Shown here: positions 11,901-24,946 of the stretch, in pieces
Numbering within the stretch: position 1 is the first letter of the stretch
How the letters are laid out: every line of letters begins with the position of its first letter
Assembly: GCA_004431415.1 (NCBI GenBank)
Contig: QPMI01000655.1
Location: forward strand, 186,001 to 250,000
Reading direction: 5' to 3'
Length of the DNA: 64,000 nucleotides
Source of the DNA: Cyanophora paradoxa CCMP329
Lineage: Eukaryota; Plantae; Glaucophyta
The notes under the pieces: model-generated
Told to the model about the DNA's origin: nothing
Databases searched by the model: none
Seen by the model: only the letters and a program-made list of their open reading frames with translations
Position numbers and translations under genes: made by a program

Positions 11901-14900
11901 CCCCAGGCTTTCGGGCCCCCGGATCCCAGCAGCCCACCGGCCCCGAGACGCACGCCGAGGCCCGGCGAGATGGCGCCGCCCGGTGGCCGCCGGGTGCGGG
12001 AGCGCGAGCGGCGGCGCGCGGCGGTGGCGTCGCGATCGCCGGGGCGGCCGGGCGGCGGGCGGCGGCGGCGGCGGCGGCGTCGACGTCGGCCTCGCCGCCG
12101 CTGTCGGCGTCGGTGCCGTAGGCGAGGAAGCGGACGACCGAGTCCGAGAGGCGGCCCAGCAGGCCGCCCCCCGCCGAGAGCAGCCCGCCGCCCGCCGCCC
12201 CGCCCCCGCCCCGCGGCTCGGGACGCGCCTCAGGATGCCGGCCAGGCGACGGCGGGGCCGGCCCCAGCGACTCCACAACCGACGGCTCCCCGGGGGCCGC
12301 CGCCGCCGCCGACGCCAACGTCGCCGGCACCGCTCCCGCCGTGGCGAGCTCGGCGGGGGCGGGCCCCTGGCCGGGCGCGGCGGCGAGGAGTTCGAGGGCC
12401 GAGGCGCGCCGCCGGAAGCTCGCGCTTTTCGGGAACGAGCGCTGCCTCCGAAGGGGCGGCCGCCGCCTCTCCCCCTCCCCTTCCCCCTCGACGTCCCCCT
12501 CCGGCTCGTGCTCCGCCGAGGGGCTCCCGGGGGCGGCGGGAGCGGGGCCCGCTGCGCCGGCCTCCGGGTTGGGGGCGGGGCGGTGGCGGAAGGAGTTGGA
12601 GCGACGGGCGGTGGCGCGGCGCGGGGGCGACGCGGCGAGGTCGGCCAGCGCCGCCGCTGCCGCCTCCAGCGCCGCCCCGTGAGGCCCTGCCCTTCCCCGC
12701 CCCCCGCCCCCCTCCCGTCCGCCCCCTGCTCTCCTCCGTTCGAGGAAAGCGTTCCAGCGGCGCGATCGCGGCGCGGGCCGGCGCCGCCGCTGCGGGGGCG
12801 GGAGGGGGCGAGGCGTGAGACGCTGCGAGCCGTCTGCTGCCCGCTCGCGAGCCCCGAGGGCGGCGACGCGGCGGTGCCCTCGCTGCGGGGCGCCCGCCCG
12901 GCGGCCACCGAGCGCGCCGTCGCCTCGCCGGCCGCCGTCCCCGACTCACGATCGGGGGCGAAGGTGAGGGAGCGGGGGCGGGGCGAGGCGGTCGCGCGGG
13001 CCGTCGGGGCGGCGGAGGGGGCGGCGGTGGCGCGGCCGGAGCGGGCGGTGGGGAGGAGGGCCGGCAGCAGCTCGTGCGTCGCCATCGGGCCCTTGCCCTT
13101 CACCTCCAGCACCCGCGCCTCCGAGAGGCGCCAGCCCCCCGCGGCCCCCTCCGGGAGGGCCCCCGCGAGGGTCCCCGAGACGAGGGCCGCCCCCGGGGGG
13201 GCGTACATGCACATGCGCTGCGCCACGTTCACCGAGTCGCCGAAGATGTCTGGCGCACTCGGTCAGCCGCAGGCCAGGCGGGGGATGGAGAGCTCGAGGC
13301 GGCGGGGGCGGACCGTAGGCGAGGCGGGCGCCGATGACGCCGGCGACGAGGGGCCCGACGTGGGCCCCGACCTTGAGGGGCAGGCCCAGGCGCCCCCCCG
13401 AGGCGACGGCCTCGGCGGCGAAGGCGGCGGCCGCGGCGGCGCACTCGGCGGCGGGGCGCTCGTCGGGGAGGCCGCAGGCGGCGAGGAGGGCGAAGCCGAC
13501 GGTCTTGATCTTGAGGAGGCCGTGGCGCTCGGCGAGCTCCTCGACGGCGGCGAGGTACGCGTTCACGCGCGGCATGATGCTTGCGATGTTCTGCGCCGTC
13601 GCCGCCGGCGGCTGCGCCAGGCTCACGAAGACCACCGCCACTGCCCGTGCGACCCGGCCGGCGCGGCGCGGCGTCGGCCTCGCAGCGGGCGCCGGGGAGG
13701 CCGTGTGGGGGCGGGCGGGGGCGCACCGGCGTCGTAGCGGCGGTTGATCTCGTGGAGGCGCCCCTCGCGGCAGGCGGTGATCACGCTCTGCGCGGCGGTG
13801 AGCGGGCGGCGAGGGCGGCGCGGGGCCCTGCCGGCGGTGGCGCGCCCCGGGAGGATGTTCTCGACGATGCGGTCCGAGTGGGCCTTCTCCGCCCCCGCCG
13901 CCGCCTGCCGCGCCGGGCCGTCAGCGCCGGCCCGCTCGACGGGCGCGCGCTGCACGGCGGGCCGGCGCCGGCGCACGGCGGTCTCCTGCGCGAGGCGGGC
14001 GAGGAGGAAGCTGCGGCGCGAGGTCGCCTCCAGCGCCCGCCCCACCGGCGCCAGCACCGCCGCCGCTGACGCGCGTGAGGGGCGCGACCGGCGGCGGGGG
14101 CCGGCGGGGCGGGGCGGACTGGCGAGGAGGGGCAGGGAGAGGGCGAGGGAGGGGAGGGGGTCGAGGGAGAGGAGGGCCCCCGGGAGGGTCGCCCCGAGGG
14201 CGAGGAGGGCGGCGGCAAGCGCCGGCCGCCACAGCAGCCGCGCCACCACCGCCGCCGCCACCGCCGACGCCGGCGCCACCGCCGCCGCATCCAGGCGCCG
14301 CGAGAGGAGGCGCGAGCCGGCCGCCGCCGCCGCCAGCGCTGCGCAGAGCTGCCGGCGCCCGCCGAGTCAACTCTCGGGGTCGGGCGCCGGCGCGCGGTGA
14401 CCAACTGCAGAGCACGCACGAGGAACGCGACGGGGCCGGCGAGGCGCGGGTTCGATACCGTGCGGCGGCTACCGAGGAGGAGGAGGGCGGCGCCCGAGGC
14501 GGCGGCGACGGCGAGGTACGGCACGAAGGCGAGCTGCGCAGGGCCCGGCGAGGCGCGCTCCCCGAGGGAGACGCAGAGCGCCTGGTACGCGCTCGCCAGC
14601 AGCAGCAGCAGCGCGCACACGCGGCAGCGGCTCACGCTCTGCGCGGGAAGAGGAGAGGGTGAGGGGGCGGGGGGCGGAGGGGTTAGGGGGCGGGCCTGGG
14701 CGGCGTGGTGGCGGCGGTAGGCGGCCTCGAGGGCGGGCCCGGCGAAGGCGAGGGAGAGGGGGCGGGTGCGGCCGTCCTCGAGGAGGGAGGCAGCGCCCTC
14801 GCCCCGCGCCTCCCCCAGCACCCCGTCGATGAACTCGTACACCTCTGCGATCGCGAGAGCGTCAGCGCGCGGGGGCGCGAGGGCGCGAGGCGCGCCCCGC

Positions 14901-15593
14901 ATCCACGCCTCCGAGGCCCAGGGGCGCGGCGGCCGCACCCGAGTCGTCGCGGGCGGCGGCGGCGCCGAGGCGACCCGAGACGGAGAGGGAGGGAAGGGCG
15001 GGGCGGCGCGTCGCGAGGGGCGGCGCGTGCGCGTGCAGCTGCTCGCGATCAGCGCCGGCGCCGGCGCCGGGCGCCGGCGCGTCCAGCTCCAGCTGCAGGA
15101 CGAGGGAGCGAGAGCGCCGCAGGGCGCCGCGGCTGCCAGCGCCGGCGGCGGCCCCGGCGCCCCCCCGCAGGCTGCCGCCGGCCTCCGGGTCCTCGCAGGA
15201 ATGGGGAGGGGGCGCGGGGGGCCGCTCGGGGTCCGTCTCGGGGCTGAGTGCGAGGGGAATGAGGACGACCGCCTGCGGGGGCACCCGCACCCGGGCCTTC
15301 GACGGCGAATCGACCGCAGCTTCGGGCTCGCCCCCCGCCGCCCCCGCCGGCCCCGCCGCCGTTGCCGCTGCGGCGGGGGCCTCCGTCGCGGCCGCCGCTA
15401 TGGCCACGGTGAGGGCGCCGGCGCCGAGGCCCGGGGCGAAAGGCGACACGGGCCGGGGCGCCAGCGGCGGGATGGGGCGCGGCGGTCCGAAAGCGCCGGT
15501 CGGCTGCATGACATGGCGAGGAGGAGGGGCGTCGCTGGCGGGCGCAGCGAGGGGGGCGCCGGCCCCGGTGGCGGGCCCCGAGTCCCCCGCCAT
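8932..15593 (-). CDS. Transmembrane class III nucleotidyl (adenylyl) cyclase with two TM blocks and two cyclase domains; multi-exon
   Basis: Hydrophobic blocks near 14000-14650 and 10450-11000. Domain 1: SDRIVENILP, LKIKTVGF, GPLVAGVIG, YDIFGDSVNVAQRM, VKGKGPM. Domain 2: SERLLALCLP, VLCADVVGF, HLKTVGD, QFDMFGEAMEAAGRLE, PGRVHVS. Boundaries approximate. Confidence 0.8.
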
Positions 15594-16712
15594 GTGGAGA
15601 ACGTGCAGCGCTACACCGCTACAGCCGCCGATGCCTGTTCCGCCCTATAGCTGCCTCCCCCCTCGAGCGAGTTGCGATCGAGCCTCGGAGCCCCCGGAGC
15701 ACGATCGGGTCCGTGCGGGCGCGCGTGCGCGCCCACGGCCGCGCGCGCGGCTGCGCGCCCATACATCCCAGATCAGGAAGGAGATACGTCTTGCATGGGC
15801 GGGCGCTTCGAATTCGCTCCGTCTCTCCGATACAGCTAGCTAGGCTCCGATCCGCGGCCGAGCTCAAGGCTTTCTGCTGGCTGCTGCTGCAGCGGCAGCT
15901 GCTGGCCACGAGCTCGTTCGCCGCGGCCGAGTCGGAGCCGGATCCCGGAGGCGGCGCCGGCGGACTCCGCGGACTCCGCGGGCCTCCGGCCGCCGGGCGG
16001 CGCCGGGCGCCGCCGGCCCGGCGCCGGGCGCCAGTCCGACGGTCTCCGCCGACTCTCCCGGAGTCCGCCGAGTCTCCGGATCCGGGCCTCCGGCGGGCCG
16101 GCGGCGCCGGCGGCCCCCGCCGCCCGCGGCTGCCAGCGACCGCGCGGCCGCGGTCACCCGGGTACCGTTGCAATTGGACGTTGACCGAAACGCACCCTCC
16201 TAGGACCAGGTCTCCTTTTCAATCCGTCACTTTGGGGAAATTGGGGTACCGCAGTACGTACCGGGTACAACCGTTCGTTGACATGATCATGCATATGTAT
16301 ATGAAATCCAGGAAATCTTGAAAATCGGCAAGTAATTTCGTATTTCCGAATCAAGTACTAGTACTGTAGTACAACTGTACTACTACTGTACTAGTGGCCA
16401 TGAAAAAAGCCGTTCGAATTTTTGAATTGCGGGCCGTCTGCGGCCAACGCCCGGCCGGCCATCATGATGGGCCATGGCCAGGCAGCCAGGAATTGTTTGC
16501 CCGAGAACTTGCCCCGGCCCCCGGCCCCCTTCCCACGCGCCGCTGATTCCAGCGGCCCGGTCGGACCGTATTCCATACGGCCATGCGCAGGATGCGGAGG
16601 AATGCTCACAGAAGTGGCTGGTCATGATCATGAGGGGCGCGGATGGACGCGGATGGGGTCGCCGCGGCCGGGGTTCCGCCGCTGCTTCGGATTCGAAGTC
16701 GCGGGGCTCTGG

Positions 16713-19700
16713 CTACTTGGGGCGGGTGAGGAGGCGGAGCCAGACGAAGGCAGCGACGCGCAGGATGACGACCATGGCCACTAGCACCCCCGCCGAGCGG
16801 CCCACGCTGCTCCCCTGGAAGCCCAGGAACTCCAGCGCCACCTCGCCCCGGGGGTATGGGCACAGCGGCGGCACCCCGGGGGCGGGGCCCTCGGTCGGGC
16901 ACGGGTACTCCCGCCCTGAGAGCTCGTTCACGAGCAGGCCCTCCAGCGCGAACTTGCTGTACACGACCTGTGCCCCCAAGGCAGGCAGATCAGACTGCTG
17001 CGCGGATCAGTTTTACGGGGCGGGCGAACGTTCTCCATCCAGCGGATGGCGGGGGAGATCGTCTCCCGGTTGTAGAAGTACCCCGCCGAGAAGGACGCGA
17101 AGCTGAACATCCTGCGAACGAAGGCGGGGGCACCCGTGGGGCGAGAGCGGGGCCAGCGCAGAGAGGCCGGCGCACGTGTTCGCGGCCAGGGACTGTCGGG
17201 TGCAGGGCCTGGCGTCAGCCGGCGCGGGCGGTTCGAGGGAAGGGGTACGGGAACGGACCGCGGCCTGGTAGTTCGTGACTCCCTGCGAGGAGAAAGAGAG
17301 GGGGTTGGAGGGGCGAGGGGCGGGCGGGGTAGGGTGGGAGAGGGGGGCGGGGGCGGACGGCGGTGATGAGGAGGCCCCAGGAGAGGGTGCAGAGCCAGGC
17401 GAGGGAGACGAGGAGGAAGAAGGCCCCGAAGGCGGCCGCCCCCGGGCGGAAGCCCACGAGCCCGTACACCACCCCCGCGTAGCACAGCGAGAACGCCACG
17501 TCCAACGGGATGTCTGCCCCGCCCCGCCCCCCCGCCCCCCGCTCAGGCCTCCCACCTCACCAGCTAAGGCTCCCCCTCTCTAGGACCGAGGAAGCGCGAG
17601 GGAGGGCGCTGTCGTGCTTCGAGGCCCTCTAAAGCGTCCTGCCGCAGCGTGGTCGCCCCCGCTCGCACCCGTCGCCTGCTTGGCGGCCTGCCGCGGAGTT
17701 GCTCAGAGAGCCGCCCCATGGCTCGCCGAGAGGCGGACGGAGGGGCGCCCCCACTCATGTAGTTATCACGAGAAGGGAGGGAGCCGAGAGGTGGGGAGTA
17801 GGAAGTAAGATGGACTGGGGAGCAGAGGGTGGACCCAATACCCGGAAGAGGGGAGGGGGAAGCTTAAGGAAGAGGATGGGAAAACGAGGATGGGAAGAGG
17901 AGGGGGAGGGGAAGGGGGAGAAGGGGGTAGGAGGGGGAGGCGTACCCAATATGCGCTCAAATCGTACATGTCGTTTTGGAGGTCCCGCACCACCACGCCC
18001 CGCTCCAGCAGGTCTGGGGGTACACGTGAGGCGGATCAAGGGGGAAAGAGAGGGATAGGGTACAGTGGGTTATCATTGGGACGAGGATGATGTAGGGCCC
18101 CAGCGAGGTCGTGATGTCTGCGTGGGGGAAGCGTGATGATCGGGGAGCGGGGTGGGGGAAGGGGGGCGCAGGGGGGCGCACAGTAGGCGCCCATGCGGTT
18201 GCGGACGCCGACCTGGAGCCGCGGCGGGCCGATCAGAGGGCGTCGGGGCGCTGAGAGGAGGCGGGGGGCGATGTAGAGGCGGGCGGGGCGCCGCGCCTGG
18301 TCGTTGCCGAGCTGGAAGAAGAAGGCTCCGACGAGGAGGGACATCACCAGCACCTGGCCCCCCTCCCCTCAGCAACGCCACCTCCCGCCCAACGCGGGGG
18401 GGCGGGGGGGCGGGGGGGCGGGGGCGGGCCTGGAGGGAGCAGGCGAGGAACTTGACGGGGTCGCGGAGGTTGTGGAGGTTGCAGCGGCGGTAGAGGACGC
18501 CGAACTGGGCCCCCCAGGAGGCCCGCTCCTCCCCGCCCCCCACCTCCCGCACCTCCACCGCCCCCGCCCCCGCCCCGGCGCGCTCTGCGGGGCGCTCGCC
18601 GGGCCCCGCGGGGCGCCGCACGAGGGCGGACTTGGCGCAGTGCTCGACCAGCGCCTCCACCTGCGGCGAGAGTCGGAGGGGGCGGGGCGGGGCAGCGGGG
18701 AGGAGGGGCGGGCGGACGCGGGCGCGGGAGGCGGCCTCGGCCTCCGGCGTGCGCTCGTCCACGCTCGAGACGTCCAGCACCTGCGGCGTCGGGGCGCTCG
18801 CCCTGGGACGCTCGGCCGGCGGGCGAGCGCGGGGGCGCAGGCGTGCGAACGAAGTCGGCGGGGTTGGCGAAGTCGGGGCAGGGGTACCCCCCCGCAGCGA
18901 AGTGCGCGGGGAGGTCGGCGGCCGCCCCGAAGTAGACCTGGGGAGGGGGTACACAGGAGAGCGTCAGGGGCGAGGGGGCGCAAGGCTGCCGCGGGGACCT
19001 GGCGGCCGCGCGAGAGGACAGCGGCGACGTCGACGAGCGCCCAGACGTCTGCAGGAGAGGAGGTGGCGCTCAGGTGAGGCGGTGAGGGGACGGGGGGGAG
19101 GCGGGAGGAGAGGGGGGCGGGCCGTAGCGCGGCTGGTGAATGGTGGCGAGGACCGTGCGGCCGGCGCGGGCGAGGCGGTGCAGGCACTCCACCGTCCGCA
19201 GCGCCGTCGTCGCGTCCAGCCCCGACGTCGGCTCGTCCAGGTACAGCACCGACGGGTTCTGTCCAGCCGAGCGCCTCAGCCAGGCTTGGCCGCGGCGAGG
19301 CGGGCGGGGCGGGCGGGGCGGCTGCACCTGGAGGAGGACGACGCCGATGGAGACGCGGCGCCGCTCGCCGCCCGAGACGCCGCGCACGAGGGGGCCCCCG
19401 ATCTTCGTCCCCGCGCACCCCCGCAGGCCGAGCTCCCCGATGACGGCGTCGGCGCGGGCGAGCTTCTCGGCGCGCGACATCGAGGCCGGCAGCCGCAGCA
19501 GCGCCGAGAACTCCAGGCACTCCCGCACGTTCAGGTACGGCAGGAGGTAGTCGTCCTGCAGCACGTACCCCACCGTCCGCTTCATCTGCCCCCGCTCGCC
19601 TCTCGGCGGGGGCCGCGCGGGGGGCCGGCGGCGCGCGCGGCGCCGCGGATCGGACCTCGCTGCGAGAGTAGGGCGCGCCGTTCACGAGGACGTCGCCCGT

Positions 19701-20240
19701 CCCGCTGGCCGTGCTCGGCAGCCGCGAGCTGAGGTAGTTGAGGAGGCTGCGGCGGCATTGAGCTGAGCGCGGCAGGCGCCCGGCCGGCGCGCAGGGTCGA
19801 GCTCACGTCGTCTTTCCCGAGCCAGAGCCGCCGAGGATTGCGCACTGAACGAGCTTAGCTAAGGAATATGCAGCACACGGAGAGGTCGGCGGCGGGCGCG
19901 CACCAACTCCCCGGCGCGGACCACTCCTGAGACGCCATGCAGAACTTGGGACACCGCAGCTTTCTTCTTGAGGAAGCCGCCGGTTGTGATTGACACGCGC
20001 ACCTGCGCCACATTCAGATAGTGCAGGTCTAGCGGGCTGCGTGCAGCTGGCGCGCACGTCGGTCCACGAGACGTCGCAGGGCTTCACGCGCCCCAGATGA
20101 TGTTCCCCCGCCTCCAGCTCGACGAGGTCGCTCTCGCTCGGTTTGTGTTCGCTCCACTTGACATCACTTGCGGCTTCTATACCTGTGGCTCCCTCCGCGT
20201 CCAGCGGCGGACCAAGCGCGCGTGCTGCGGCGCGCTCCAT
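16713..20240 (-). CDS. ABCG (White-family) half-size ABC transporter; multi-exon
   Basis: [61 protein letters not shown]-terminal TM helices. Confidence 0.9.
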
Positions 20241-20461
20241 GGCCAAACAGCCGGCTGCGGGAGGGCGTAGTTCGCGCTAGGTTCACCTAGATCGAGCTCG
20301 GCGCCGAGTCGGCGGTCCTGCCGCCTCTACGGCGCCTGTCGACAGCCGTGCTCGTCAGCCTCGACAGAAGGGGGGGTAGGGCCACGAGTGCAGTCGAGCA
20401 CGTATCGGCGGATCCCGAGTCCAGGTCTTGCGGCGCTGCGACATCCAGAGCTGCGGCTCGG

Positions 20462-23400
20462 ATGGAGAACCCGAACCCGATCCGCCTGACCTTCGAGGTG
20501 TGCGCTGCTCGTGCCGCTTCATTCTCGCCAGGCTGACTGAGATGTACACGCGCCAGGACCTTACATGCGATGTTCACGTCAGACCGGTCCCCTGGCGCAA
20601 GGAGACTCGCCGCATTCTCGAGGGCGTGTCTTGCGAGGTCACCCCTGGCGCGTTGTGGCCCGGCCGCGGAGCTGCGTCTAGACCTGGGTCTGACGCCACG
20701 TTCAGGTTCTCTCACAGCGGTCCTAGGAGGAAGCGGCTCAGGAAAGACGACACTGCTCAACATTCTGGCGGGTCGGCTCCTGAACGGCAGCTTCAGCGGC
20801 AAGATCCTCGCGAACGGCTCGCCCATGGACCCGAAGATCCTCGCGCGCAACCTCGGCTACGGTTCGCCCCGCCCGCCGCTGGGCCCTCTGGGCGCTCGCC
20901 GCAGCGCGGCGCGCGCTCACGCTCCGAGCTTGCGAGCAGTTGTTCAGGATGACAGCTTCATCCCGTCGCTCACAGTGCGGGAGACGCTGATGTTTGTGGC
21001 GCGGCTCAAGCTCCCGCCCTCGTGGGACGACCAGCAGCGGAGTGACCGCGTGAACGCTGTGCTGGCGGAGCTCGGCCTCCGCTCGTGCGCGGACCGGCCG
21101 GTCGGCAACGCGGTCTTCCGCGGCGTCTCGGGGGGCGAGCGGCGGCGGACCTCCATCGCCTGCGCCCTCATCAAGAACCCGCCCGTCCTCTTCCTCGGTC
21201 CGCCGCCCCCGGATCGGAGCCCTCCGCGCGCCTCACGCGCCGCCCCGCGCCGCCCCGCAGACGAGCCGACGACAGGACTCGACTCGTTCCACGCGTACAA
21301 CGTCATCGAGGCCCGCCGCCTCCCGCCGCGCCTCGCCGCGCCTCGCCCTGGCCTCTCACGCCGCCCGCAGACCCTCAAGCGCATCGCCTCCGAGGACGGC
21401 CGCACCGTCGTGCGCCCCCTAACCCATCCAACCTCCCCCCGGCACGAAACTAGAGCGGCAGCCTGGACCCCCGCGCACGCCTTCGGCCCCCGCGGGGGCG
21501 AGCTGACGATGAGCCGCCCCGGGGCGGGGTCAGGTGGCGACGATCCACCAGCCGCGGCACGACCTCTTCGAGCTCGTCGACCGCGTGCTGCTCCTCTCCC
21601 GCGGCCGTCTCCTCTACGGCGGGCCCCGCGCCGCCTTCATCCAGCACTTCGCCGACGCCGGCTACCCCTGCCCCAGGTTCCCCCCCCCCCCCCCCCGCCA
21701 CCACCGCTTGCTGAGGGGCGGGGAGCAGGAACGCGAACGCGGCGGACTTCTACATGGACGTCTGCTCCCTCGACACGCGCACCCCCGAGGCCGAGCGCGC
21801 CTCCGCCCTCGTCCGCCCGCCCCGCCCCGCCCCGCCTCCGCCCTCCCGTCTGACCCGCCGCCGCTCGCCGTGCAGCGGATAGAGGCGCTCCTGGCGCACT
21901 GGCGCCAGCGCAAGGGCGCTCCGCCCTCGCCGGCGGCCGCCTCCGCCGAGGCCGGCGCGCAGGCCGGGCAGGTGCGCAAGCCGGAAGCCGCGGGCTTGGC
22001 CTCCAAGTGCCCGTCGCCGACGCGGGTGCCCTGGGGCGGCAGGCGGTCCGGATGCTCTCGCTCGGCTCGGACGGGGCGGATGCGTGCGGGGAGCGGCTGG
22101 CCGAGCGGCGCTCGTTCGAGATGGAGGGGGCCGGGGGGGCGGTGGTGGTGAAGCCGCACCCGGCGGAGCAGGCGGGGTACGGGCGGGCCTTCTCGGCGCT
22201 GGTGGGCCGCTACGGGAAGACGATCGCGCGGCAGCCGGCGGACGTCTCCCTCCGCATCATGCAGCTCTTCGCCTTCGCCTTCATGTCCGCCCCGCCCCGC
22301 CCCCCAACGCGCCCTCCCCGCCTCCGCCGAACGCGAAGACCGCCGGCAGCAACTGGGTGTACCTCTTCCGCGTGGGGTACGACCAGGAGGGCGTGCAGAA
22401 CCGGAACGGGCTGATGTACGAGGCCGTGGGCGGCACCGTCATGGTCGGCATGCTCGTCACCGTGCGCCCGCGCCCCGAAGCAGCTCGTCTCCCCGTTGCA
22501 CTCCCTGTCGTTCTGAGTTGGCGGCTGCGGGGCCCGCAGGTGGCCATCTTCCCCCCGCAGCGCAACGTGTTCTACAGGGAGCGGGAGGACCGGCTGTACC
22601 CCTCGTCGGCGTTCTTCTGGGTGTACACGCTGATGGAGCTGCCCTTCACGGCCTTCTCCTGCCTCCTCATGTCGTTCCTGTACTACTGGGCGATCGGGCT
22701 GCGGCCCGAGGCGGCCGCCTGGGGCGTCTTTGTCCTCTGCGTCTTCCTCGTCGTCTGGTGGGGCGAGTCGGTGAGCGGCTGCCGTCGACTCTTCGTCGCG
22801 CCGCGCGCACCGCACCGCGGGCGAGCTCAAGTGCGCGCGCGTGCGCGTGCCGCCAGGTGAGCCTCGTGGTCTGCTGCCTGGCGTACGACCCGACCTTCGC
22901 GACGTCCATGGCGGGCCTCATCGTCATGATGTACGGCCTCACCGCCGCCGCCTTTTTCAGGTCACCCGCCCCGCTTTGAATTGTTCCTCTCGCGAAACCA
23001 ACATGGACTGAGCGCACGCACGTGCGTAGCACGAACATGAACGAGGGCTCCTCCCGCTTCTTCACGGTGCCAGCCCGCCATTGCGGTTACAATTGCTCCG
23101 CTCAGAACTGATCGGAGATGTCGAATCGCCTCGCCAGGCTGTGAACTACGTGGCGCCCATCCGATGGCTGTCTCAGGCCACTGTGGCCAACGAGTTCGTC
23201 GGCAAGGTGCGCACGCGCGCGCGGCCGTGGGCGCGAGAAAGAGAACCGAGGACAGGACAAGAAAGTGATGGGATTAGTGTATCGATATATCGGTACATGT
23301 ACATGTGCAGATTGTGCATATGCTGCTGCAATCTTACAGATCAGCCCGCGATATATACGCCCCAAGTTTATATAATTACAGACCGCTGATGCGGCGCCTC

Positions 23401-23835
23401 GTGCAGAGCTTCGACTGCGGGGCGGCGCCGGCGCAGGCGTGCTTCGCGACGGGGGACCAGTTCGTGGCGACCTACTTCCCCGACGCCGCCAGCGAGCTCT
23501 GGCGCAACGTCGCCATCGGGTGCGCCCCCGCCCCGCGCGCGCGTGAACGCCTTGCCGCACAGATACGTATACGCCCACCTTATACTCATAACCCTGAACT
23601 ACGGCCGTGCTGTGCCCTAGATATTTCTTTTTGGGGGAAGGGATCGGACTGATCTCGTCAGACGATCCGGGATCCCCGGGCTCTCCCTCCTTCGATCCTC
23701 CTCGTCTTCTTGGAATGGGGGAACTGGATCTGATGGGGACTCCGGGGGGATCCGGGGCGCAGGGCCGGGATCTCTCTCTTCTACCGCCTCCTCGCCTTCG
23801 CGGTCTTCATGACCCGCCGCCGCCGCCTCAACTGA
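20462..23835 (+). CDS. ABCG (White-family) half-size ABC transporter; multi-exon
   Basis: [64 protein letters not shown], final exon FYRLLAFAVFMTRRRRLN*. Confidence 0.9.
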
Positions 23836-24946
23836 TCGATCGCTTACGATTAGCACGGAAAGCCGGCGCAGCGCTAGCAGCCCCCACCCGGCCCCCTTGG
23901 GCCCTTGCCATCCGCACGCCGCACGGGCGGGCGGGCCGCGGGCGCCGGCCCCACGGGCCACGGCCCACGGCTCCCGGCCCAATTGCAAGTTGGGCCCCAA
24001 CTTTGCCCCCAAGTTCCCCACTGGGCCAAGTTGGGACCCCAACCCCTAGTAGTGGTCCCCTACCGGTAGCCCTCGGCCTCTCACTGACTCAGTGAGTCGG
24101 GGCCTCTCCGAGGCTCACACTGCCTCACAGGCCGCGGGCCTACTAGGCCTAGGGCCTAGGCTCTCAGCTCCCCGGCAGGCTCGAGTCAGCTCAGACTCAG
24201 CTGTGCTGCCTGTGCTGCTGTCACACTGTGACTCTGTGAGTCTGTGACAGTGCTGTGCATCACAGTGCATGTGCGCACTGCGCAGGCCTAGGCTCGAGCT
24301 CTCTTAGCTCTTAGCTACCGGACCAGTAGTACCGGTATATATATATAGCTTGCGAGTTGACTTGCAAATTGCAATTCCAGCCAACGGTCGAGGGCTTGAG
24401 TCAAGCTACGTAGACGATTTGACAAGATTGACTCGTCGTTTGAGTGTTCCAATCGTCACAGGCTCACAACTGCTGTTCAATTACGATACCCGTCACGGCG
24501 TAGAACCCGCGGAAAGTACCGTGCAGCGCTAGCCGTGCTGCAGTGCTAGGCTGCTAGGACGCATGCGCGCATGCAGATGCGCGTTACAGCCGGCCAAGAG
24601 CTGTTCCGAGTGTCGACGGTGCCCGGCATCCCAGGATTCCCAGCTAGTATGCGTGCGTGCGCGCGCGCGCGCCGCACCGGCACGTACTCGGCAATTCGAC
24701 CTGGCGCTGGCGGGAGATTCGCCGAGTCGGCTGGCACCTGCGCGCGGCAGCGGACGCCGGCTTAAGAAAAGAGCAGCTTAGAATTTGCTGTTGGGGCGTT
24801 GCCTCGCCGGCGCGGGCGGTGAGCGGCCGCGGCCGCTTAGCGAGTTCGGGAGCCTCGGATCCGGAGCCGGCTGCGGCGCGCGGACTGCGCACGGCGTACA
24901 TCCTTGCAATTGGCGTTTTCCCCGCGGCCGCGCGGGGCGGACCGCG

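Noticed and set aside
5217-16062. Shared 12-mer GACTCTCCCGGA upstream of genes (5217, 16051)
   Set aside because: Two occurrences in GC-rich DNA are too few to call a regulatory motif.
17560-18090. Purine-rich, compositionally odd stretch within the minus-strand ABCG gene as a transposon insertion
   Set aside because: It contains a genuine ABCG exon ([16 protein letters not shown]); no TIR or TSD seen.
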